The position numbers and the translations under genes were made by a program. The notes under the pieces are model-generated. The model did not search any database. It worked only from the letters and a program-made list of their open reading frames with translations, and was not told the DNA's origin. Below are positions 58,120 through 64,000 of a stretch of DNA of 64,000 nt, piece after piece (positions within the stretch are counted from its first letter, which is position 1; every line of letters begins with the position of its first letter). The DNA comes from Bacteroidaceae bacterium (GTDB taxonomy: Bacteria; Bacteroidota; Bacteroidia; Bacteroidales; Bacteroidaceae), in the NCBI GenBank assembly GCA_017483665.1, contig JAFUVM010000082.1, positions 300 to 64,299 on the forward strand, read 5' to 3'.

Positions 58120-61100
58120 TTATGTCGTGCGTGCGGGAAGTTTGTTGCCGGGACTGATTTTGGCTCCTGTGTAGTAGTGCTTGAGTATTTGCTTGTAGGT
58201 GTAGCCCTGCTCGCCCATGACGGCGGCTCCTATCTGACAGAGGCCGACGCCGTGCCCCCAGCCGTGTCCGTGCAGGATGAAGCGACCGGGGATGCTGCCT
58301 CTGACATTTTTCGTCTCGATGGTGAAGGCGCTGCTTTTCAGCGTGGAGGTGCTGAGCATGCGGCGTATCTCCAGTTCCTTGCCTACGACGAAGGACTTCT
58401 CCTGCCCTACGATGCGAAGCTTGCTGATGTGTCCGCCGGAGCCTTTCTCCACGGGTTCCAGCGCGAGGATAGGCCCGAGGTCCGTCTTCAGGTGCTCCGT
58501 GATGCGGTCGTGAATCTCCTGTTGCGTGAGTTCTTCCGTCCATTCGAAGAAGTCTTGCGTCTCAAGGTCGTAGTCGTTGAGCACCTGTCGGAGTATCTTC
58601 TTGTCGTGAGTGTTGCAGAAGGGGTCGGCCACAGAGCGCAGGTAAGGAACCGAAATGTTCTCCCAGCAGTACTGGAACTCGTTGGTCCTGCCGCCGCAGC
58701 ACTTGCCGAAGCGCGCGTCGCAGATGCGTCCGTCGTACATCAGCACCTGTCCGCGCGTGGCGTTGACGGCCTCGGCGACTTGCGGATTGCTGGCTCGCGT
58801 GATGCCCTGGTAGCGCTGGCAGTGGTCGTCGGCACAGACGTCGAAGATGGTATGGTCCTCGCGGTCGTACCAACGGATGCTTTCGCCCTCGCCCTTGACG
58901 AAGGAGAAGAAGGGGGCTGCCTGCTGGGCATGTTCCTGCCGTCGCTGCATCTGTGCGTAGAGCCAGCTGCGGCTGATGACGGCTGCGGCCTTCAGGAACT
59001 CCAGCGAACAGCTGCTCTTCATCTCGCTGCTGATGACGCTCGTCAGGTAGTCCTCCACGGGCAGGATGTTGATGGCGACTATCTTGTCCTCGTCCACCAC
59101 GAGCTTCAGCGTGCCGTTGAACGTCTGCGACTCCTGCCGTTCCCAATGGAAGCGTTGTCCGATGGTAACGCCGTGGAGGGTGAAGGAAGCTTCGTCAGGT
59201 CCGGTCTGTGCTCTGAACGTCAGTTCCCTGTAGACATTGTTTTTCCATCGGATGCCGCCTTCGGTGTACTCAGCCGTCTGTTCGCCTGTCACCTCGATGC
59301 CTTTGGCCTGATAGGTGCCGTTGATGCAGAAGCGGATGACGGGGGTTTTCATGATGCCGACGGAGACGGTCTCTCCCCCAACCACAGACCTCCCATCCCC
59401 CTTTAGGGGGAGTCCTTCGCCTGTTTCTCCCTCTAAAGGGGGTTGGGGGGTCTGCATGTCGGTCAGCGCCTCTATGACTGGTCTGAGTTCTTCGTCGCTC
59501 AAGGTGACTTCCCGGAGGATGCCGGCGGCTTTCTCTGCGGTCAGGGCGTTGAAGTCCTGCTCGCGGGGTGTGATGAGGAGACCGCACATGTCGAGCGCTC
59601 CGGGACTGACGAGAAGCTGGTCCTTGCCCTCGGCGTAGTAGCAGTCGGGACGGTGCTTGCTGCGGGGGAAGATGAGGGTGACGATTTCGTCAGGACGGCT
59701 CGAAGTGCCTTCCTGCCGCCAGCAGACGATGTTCAGCCTTGGCTCTGTCTCGTCGCCTACGATGGGGAGTGCCTTGTAGACGCGCTGGCAGAGGATACTG
59801 TCGCTCTCGGCAGGCATGCTGCGGATGACGAACACCGGGCAGGCGTAGCCCTCCAGGAGAAAGAGTCCGCAACGGCTTCCTACGTTGCCTGCCTCCTCCA
59901 TCGATGCAGCCTGCTCGCCTGTCAGGGGGTAGAGCTTGCGCAGTTTGTTCTCGTACATCGACCAGTCGCGTTCCAGGGGTGCAACGCCGCGGCTGCCTGC
60001 CTGCAGGTGCATGTGGTCGGGACAGGAAGCGCCGCAGAGCGGTCCGTTGTAGAAGACGATGTGCCGCGGCATGTTCCAGGCCATGCGGCGCAGTGTGCCG
60101 AACGAGCTGTAGATGCTCTGCGGTGTGTGCCGGCGCATGGGGATGGTGAAGTGCTGCGGCAGGATGGGGTAGGGGTTGACGAGTATCTGGTAGTGCTTCT
60201 CCGTCATGAGCTTGTGCTGCTCTTTCGGACGGTTGTTGTCGCAGAGGAAGCAGGGGCGCTGACTGATGCTCTTCTTGTCGATGGAAGCACCCGTCGAGAC
60301 GATGCGGGCAGGGTTCCACTGGGCAATAAATGCCTCCCCCGTCCCCTCCAAAGGAGGGGTGAATTGCCCTGATACGCCTTGTCGTTGACATTCGTCGAGC
60401 TTTGCTTCTCCCCGCCTTTGGAGGGGCAGGGGGAGGCTCTTTGTCTTTACTTCCTCCAGTGCCTTGTACCGCTCGGCTGCTTCAGGCCATTCCTGTAGTT
60501 CCTTTTGGAAGAAAGCATCAATCTCCTCCTCGGTCACTTTGTGCTGCCAGAGCAGGTTGAGTTGCTGACGGGCTTTGAGCTCGAGCGTTCGCAGGTGGTC
60601 CTTGTAGGTGTTGTTCTTGTTGACCTTGTCCTGGCTGAGGGCTGCGTCGCTGTTGCCTTCCCATCGGCGGCAGAGGTAGACTTCGTCGAAGATGCGTGCG
60701 ATGCGGTAGCGACGGCTTATCATGAGGCCGAGCGCGTAGTCTTCGCCGTAGCTGGTATTGGGAATCTGCAGTTCGCGCAGGACGGGTGTGAAGAAGGCGC
60801 GCGGCGCTCCGAGTCCGTTGATGCGCAGTGCGTTGTTGCGGCCATTTTGCAGTGTCCACTCGCGATGGTCGATGAGGCCTGGCGGCAAGGTGTTCAGGTG
60901 GAAGTCGCACATGCGGTAGGAGCCGATGACCATTGCTGCGCCCTCGGCATAGAAGGCGTCCACCATGCGCTGCAGGGTGTGGGGCGAAGAGTAGAGGTCG
61001 TCGCTGTCGAGCTGCACCACGAAGCGTCCCACCTGCGGATGGTGCACGGCCAGGTTCCAGCAACCGCCTATGCCGAGGTCGTAGCGGTCGGGGATGAGGT

Positions 61101-62112
61101 GAATGAGAGACCCTTCCAAACCTCCCCTTAAAGGGGAGGCTTCCTTCGCAGAGGACTCGCCTGGATTCTCCCCCTTTAAGGGGGAGTTAGAGAGGGTCCT
61201 TATCTTCTCCGTCGTACCGTCGGTGGAGTGGTTGTCGATGACGATGACGTTGAAGGGGAACGTTGTTTCCTGTTCAAGCGCGGAGCGGATGGCGTCCTCT
61301 ATGGTGCGCTCACGATTGCGGACGGGGATGATGACGGATGCTTCCACCGCGAACTCGCCTTCCGTGAGGTTCACTTCGTCGTACTCGTTGCCGTGCAGGT
61401 ATGCGTTCAGGGCACGGAGATGGCGTGTGCAGGCGCGTTCCATTTCCACTTGTCGGGCGCGGTTGCGGGGGTCGACGTAATCGAACTGTTTCTGTCCGCT
61501 CAGGCGTGTGTCGTGTTCCACTTCGGTGTAGAGGAACTCGTCGACATGGAGGGGCAGCTGCTTGCGGCTGATGAAGAGCCGCAGGTCGTAGAGCGCAGCG
61601 TACTGATAGTTGTGGAGGTTGTCCTGGTCGACGTATTCCTTAATCACTTCTGTGCGGAAGAGCAGGAGGGAGCCTGTCTGGAAATCGTCGCGCACAGAGC
61701 CAAGCTGGTAGTCGATGAGCCTCACTCCCGTCCCCTCTCCGGGGAGAGGGGTGTTTGCTGCCGCCGGGTTTTGCTTCTGCTGCTGTTCTTCCCCACTTCC
61801 TGAAGATGGGGCGGGGGTGAGGCTGTAGTGGTCGCTGTAGAGCATCAGGGCCTGGCTGTCCTGTGCGATGGTGAGCAGGCGGGTCAGGGCATGGTAGCCG
61901 AGCTGGAGGGTGTCGTACTTAGTATATAATAATGTATAAGGGGCTGTGGCAGTCTCTGCGATGTGCCGGATGGCGTTTGTGCCGAAGGGGTTGTCTTCGC
62001 GCAGGAAGTTTATGCTCTGCACGTTGTCGTCGGCCTGCAGGTTCTCCAAGGTGCCGCGGACTTGCTCGTCGCTCTCGTAGGGGATGAAGCAGTCAATCAT
62101 ATTCTTTGCCAT
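58120..62112 (-). CDS. 1330-aa multidomain protein: GT-A-like N-terminus, GT2 glycosyltransferase, DUF4922/HIT-like module, SpoIID/LytB domain
   Basis: [34 protein letters not shown] (GT2). [34 protein letters not shown] (GalT/HIT-like). [37 protein letters not shown] (SpoIID). Confidence 0.88.
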   Translation of the reverse strand: MAKNMIDCFIPYESDEQVRGTLENLQADDNVQSINFLREDNPFGTNAIRHIAETATAPYTLLYTKYDTLQLGYHALTRLLTIAQDSQALMLYSDHYSLTPAPSSGSGEEQQQKQNPAAANTPLPGEGTGVRLIDYQLGSVRDDFQTGSLLLFRTEVIKEYVDQDNLHNYQYAALYDLRLFISRKQLPLHVDEFLYTEVEHDTRLSGQKQFDYVDPRNRARQVEMERACTRHLRALNAYLHGNEYDEVNLTEGEFAVEASVIIPVRNRERTIEDAIRSALEQETTFPFNVIVIDNHSTDGTTEKIRTLSNSPLKGENPGESSAKEASPLRGGLEGSLIHLIPDRYDLGIGGCWNLAVHHPQVGRFVVQLDSDDLYSSPHTLQRMVDAFYAEGAAMVIGSYRMCDFHLNTLPPGLIDHREWTLQNGRNNALRINGLGAPRAFFTPVLRELQIPNTSYGEDYALGLMISRRYRIARIFDEVYLCRRWEGNSDAALSQDKVNKNNTYKDHLRTLELKARQQLNLLWQHKVTEEEIDAFFQKELQEWPEAAERYKALEEVKTKSLPLPLQRRGEAKLDECQRQGVSGQFTPPLEGTGEAFIAQWNPARIVSTGASIDKKSISQRPCFLCDNNRPKEQHKLMTEKHYQILVNPYPILPQHFTIPMRRHTPQSIYSSFGTLRRMAWNMPRHIVFYNGPLCGASCPDHMHLQAGSRGVAPLERDWSMYENKLRKLYPLTGEQAASMEEAGNVGSRCGLFLLEGYACPVFVIRSMPAESDSILCQRVYKALPIVGDETEPRLNIVCWRQEGTSSRPDEIVTLIFPRSKHRPDCYYAEGKDQLLVSPGALDMCGLLITPREQDFNALTAEKAAGILREVTLSDEELRPVIEALTDMQTPQPPLEGETGEGLPLKGDGRSVVGGETVSVGIMKTPVIRFCINGTYQAKGIEVTGEQTAEYTEGGIRWKNNVYRELTFRAQTGPDEASFTLHGVTIGQRFHWERQESQTFNGTLKLVVDEDKIVAINILPVEDYLTSVISSEMKSSCSLEFLKAAAVISRSWLYAQMQRRQEHAQQAAPFFSFVKGEGESIRWYDREDHTIFDVCADDHCQRYQGITRASNPQVAEAVNATRGQVLMYDGRICDARFGKCCGGRTNEFQYCWENISVPYLRSVADPFCNTHDKKILRQVLNDYDLETQDFFEWTEELTQQEIHDRITEHLKTDLGPILALEPVEKGSGGHISKLRIVGQEKSFVVGKELEIRRMLSTSTLKSSAFTIETKNVRGSIPGRFILHGHGWGHGVGLCQIGAAVMGEQGYTYKQILKHYYTGAKISPGNKLPARTT
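59368..59452. repeat. Palindromic units at the DUF4922/SpoIID junction
   Basis: ggtctctcccccaacc..cccatccccctttagggggagtccttcgcctgtttctccctctaaagggggttggggggtc, translated [19 protein letters not shown]. Confidence 0.85.
60332..60438. repeat. Inverted pair of ~30-bp units (same as 16326-16465) inside the fusion gene
   Basis: gcctcccccgtcccctccaaaggaggggtgaa ... ctccccgcctttggaggggcagggggaggc, translated PLQRRGE...[10 protein letters not shown]. Confidence 0.88.
61108..61199. repeat. Two palindromic units inside the GT2 module
   Basis: gacccttccaaacctccccttaaaggggaggcttcc...ttctccccctttaagggggagttagagagggtcc, translated [26 protein letters not shown]. Confidence 0.88.
61720..61822. repeat. 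Palindrome CCCCTCTCCggGGAGAGGGG flanked by inverted CCTCACTCCCGTCCCC / GGGGCGGGGGTGAGG
   Basis: Read directly. It encodes [30 protein letters not shown] in the N-terminal module. Confidence 0.8.
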
Positions 62113-62139
62113 TTGCGGTTCCCGTTAGTAATTTCTCTG

Positions 62140-62147
62140 CAAAATTA
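62140..62147 (-). promoter_or_regulatory. -7 box TAATTTTG for the 1330-aa gene
   Basis: Plus-strand caaaatta, 28 nt upstream of ATG 62112. Confidence 0.45.
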
Positions 62148-62211
62148 TATAATTTTCTGAGATTATAAGCCATTCGAGATAAATTATTAAGTTTTCTTTA
62201 GAGGAAAGTCC

Positions 62212-62567
62212 ATGTAGGTTGCCTGCATTTGTGAAACCATTCCTCCGTTTTACCAATCTTTACCTAAATCATCTCTGTTCCCGTGCATCTCTGAACCCTT
62301 TGGCATGTACTTCAACATGACACGACACGTCAAAACGTGTTGTTTCCCTTGCGAAACTTTTTGTTGCCCCGCTGAAACAAAAAGTTTCGTGTTGGGTATG
62401 TTAAACGAAACAAGCCGAGAATTAGAACGTTAATGTTTTCTATTGGACGATTTAGGCCTAAAAAGCACTTGTTTATGTAGGTTGCTCCAAATTCATGTAG
62501 GCAACCTACATAGTGCAACAGCCTGTTATAATGTACGTTAAGTGGCATTATGTAGGTATGTAGGTTG
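62212..62567. other. Non-coding junction with six ATGTAGG(TTGC) words
   Basis: ATGTAGGTTGC at 62212 and 62475, palindrome ATGTAGGcaaCCTACAT at 62495-62511, ATGTAGGTATGTAGGTTG at 62550-62567. Confidence 0.8.
62352..62389. repeat. Perfect 14-bp stem hairpin
   Basis: cgaaactttttgtt-gccccgctga-aacaaaaagtttcg, with no flanking T-tract on either strand. Confidence 0.9.
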
Positions 62568-62611
62568 TTTTCGAAAAAATCTCATGATAAAAAGTTTTGT
62601 TCCGAAAAAGG

Positions 62612-63139
62612 TTAGTGTCGAAATGTGTCTTTCGTGCCTTGTTTCCTTTTTGTCCCGCAGAAAAAACAGAAAATGCAGATAACTGTCAACTTTTTCCGTG
62701 TTTTCCTTTGCCAATTCCCTAAATATCCGTAAATTTGCAGCATCGCTCTTAGCCCACAAGTGCTAATAAATTGATACTTTATATTAGTATCACAATAATG
62801 CTTAACCTGATTTGCAGCATATTCAGAATATCTTTTATTTATATCTGATTCTGTCGTCTGTGTATTAAAGAATCCACAAAACAGATAATTTTCCGCATCG
62901 TCAATCGATTTAAATTCCTGTTTTTTTGCATGATACCCTAATCTAGAATATTGTTCAAGCGTTCGTTCAACATCGCAATCATCTAGAACTACGACTTCAG
63001 CACCATGATACATACCTTGATTTAGAACATACACCCTATATGAAGCATTCTTCTCTTTTGCTTCATATCCATATTCATGAAATAGATTGTCTAATTGTTC
63101 TACATTCATATTACACGATATTTTATTTAATTGTTCCAC
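62612..63139 (-). CDS. Hypothetical protein (third gene of the ATPase/RloB module), possibly 3'-truncated
   Basis: AT-rich ORF 40 nt downstream of the RloB-like gene, with a GTG start at 63139 or ATG at 63109 (MNVEQLDNLFHEYGYEAK..). The last ~50 codons are low-complexity and basic/hydrophobic (..CIFCFFCGTKRKQG..). Confidence 0.45.
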   Translation of the reverse strand: MEQLNKISCNMNVEQLDNLFHEYGYEAKEKNASYRVYVLNQGMYHGAEVVVLDDCDVERTLEQYSRLGYHAKKQEFKSIDDAENYLFCGFFNTQTTESDINKRYSEYAANQVKHYCDTNIKYQFISTCGLRAMLQIYGYLGNWQRKTRKKLTVICIFCFFCGTKRKQGTKDTFRH

Positions 63140-63179
63140 TACTTATACACTTAGCAATGTTACTATAGTGACGTTTTTA

Positions 63180-63788
63180 TCATTCTAATTCATAAAGCCT
63201 TTTCATCAACCTTCCTAGCTCCGAGTACGTATAGTCTCTGCCATCTTTCAGTTTTTCTTCCACAGACCGATTGGCATTGGCCACAGCCTTTTCAAGGCTA
63301 CCTCCATTACGTTCAAAGTAGTTGTGCAGACCTTTGGTCTTGATGAAGAAATCTATCATTTTGAGATACTCAACACATTGATTGAGGTCTTTGAGCAATG
63401 GTTCTTGTTCATCGTATGGTCGTGAAGTGTATCGGAAATAGTAAAGGAAAAATAGTTCTGTACAGCGGTGTGTCTCGAAGAACTCCACCTCGCAGTAGAT
63501 ACCTTTCTTCGGTTTGTCGATAGGCTTAGCGTACTTTGTCTTTAGCTTCTGGTATTGTGAACGCTCTGGCTCCTTGTCCTTCGTGTCCATGTCGATGATA
63601 CAGAAGATATGGTTGTAACCCATTGCCACACCCTCTGCTATCTTGGCATCCAATTCCTTGATGTTGGTATGCTTCGGATAGTCTGGCTTGATGGTCAGAC
63701 GCTTGAACACGTCGCATAGGGATTTGAAGTAGAAGAACTCCGTTGGCCCCTCACCCAGGATGAGTGCTGTTTGTCGTAGCTTTCCCAT
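63180..63788 (-). CDS. RloB-like (Toprim-related) protein
   Basis: The N-terminal LILGEGPTEFFYFKSL resembles the RloB EGxxTE..YF motif, and there is a later acidic IIDMDTKD. The gene starts 1 nt after the upstream stop. Confidence 0.7.
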   Translation of the reverse strand: MGKLRQTALILGEGPTEFFYFKSLCDVFKRLTIKPDYPKHTNIKELDAKIAEGVAMGYNHIFCIIDMDTKDKEPERSQYQKLKTKYAKPIDKPKKGIYCEVEFFETHRCTELFFLYYFRYTSRPYDEQEPLLKDLNQCVEYLKMIDFFIKTKGLHNYFERNGGSLEKAVANANRSVEEKLKDGRDYTYSELGRLMKRLYELE

Positions 63789-63789
63789 A

Positions 63790-64000
63790 TCAGTCTTCCA
63801 GATTTATAAAGATACTACCCAGTTCTGGTTTGGCTCCCAATCGGCCAATGCGGTATGAATTGTAAAGCGAGAGATTCTTGTGCAAGCCAAAGGAATCGCC
63901 ACGGGCATATTCGGACGAAGCTGTCTCCTTGTTTTTTTCAACAAACCATACCACACCTCGGTTCTCGTTAATCAAATCCTGAGACAAAAGAGTGGTCTCC
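63790..64000 (-). CDS. AAA_21/AAA_15-type ATPase, C-terminal end (gene continues beyond window end)
   Basis: The frame is open to the window edge (the track start is an internal TTG). ..TTLLSQDLINENRGVVWFVEKNKETASSEY..SLYNSYRIGRLGAKP resembles the conserved C-terminus of these ATPases. Confidence 0.65.
   Translation of the reverse strand, partial: ETTLLSQDLINENRGVVWFVEKNKETASSEYARGDSFGLHKNLSLYNSYRIGRLGAKPELGSIFINLED

Noticed and set aside
62330-62759. ORFs 62330-62548 and 62538-62759 in the junction region.
   Set aside because: They are short, low-complexity and Phe/Lys/Asn-rich, with no start context, and they overlap the motif cluster and hairpin. I treat the region as non-coding.
1-64000. 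Transposase, integrase or other mobile-element genes that could explain the repeat load or the 62-kb composition shift.
   Set aside because: None of the supported ORFs shows DDE, tyrosine-recombinase or serine-recombinase motifs. If such genes exist, they lie outside this window.

Overview
GC-rich Bacteroidales (Prevotellaceae-like) chromosomal segment. The assignment rests on gene content, lipoprotein and TAT signals, and TAnnTTTG -7 promoter boxes upstream of many genes. I support about 53 protein-coding genes and one tRNA-Lys(UUU). Most are housekeeping genes (hflX, rsmI, tdk, hrpB, dusB, sufE-like, lepB, dapB, dprA, argH, pyrE, queG) or glycan-utilisation and envelope genes (GH29, GH3, GH92, GH76, NamZ-like, galM, two TonB-dependent barrels, DUF2723). 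Three things stand out. (1) The window is saturated with several families of short palindromic and tandem-armed repeats. They fill nearly every intergenic gap, and at least 15 copies sit in frame inside otherwise conserved genes (hrpB, GH3, queG, wbqC, a TonB receptor, an ATP-grasp-like gene, a 1330-aa fusion gene). This resembles the behaviour of Rickettsia palindromic elements. (2) A 1330-codon ORF fuses GT-A-like, GT2, DUF4922/HIT-like and SpoIID/LytB modules, and an ATP-grasp-like gene lies next to it. No pathway is assigned to this combination. (3) At about 62.15 kb the composition switches abruptly to AT-rich accessory DNA. That segment opens with a motif-dense non-coding junction and a three-gene minus-strand module: a partial AAA ATPase, an RloB-like protein, and an unassignable 175-aa ORF. 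The module looks like an AbiL-type defence pair with an extra component and continues beyond the window. No rRNA, CRISPR array, transposase or integrase is visible. All domain calls come from reading the translations by eye, and no searches were run.
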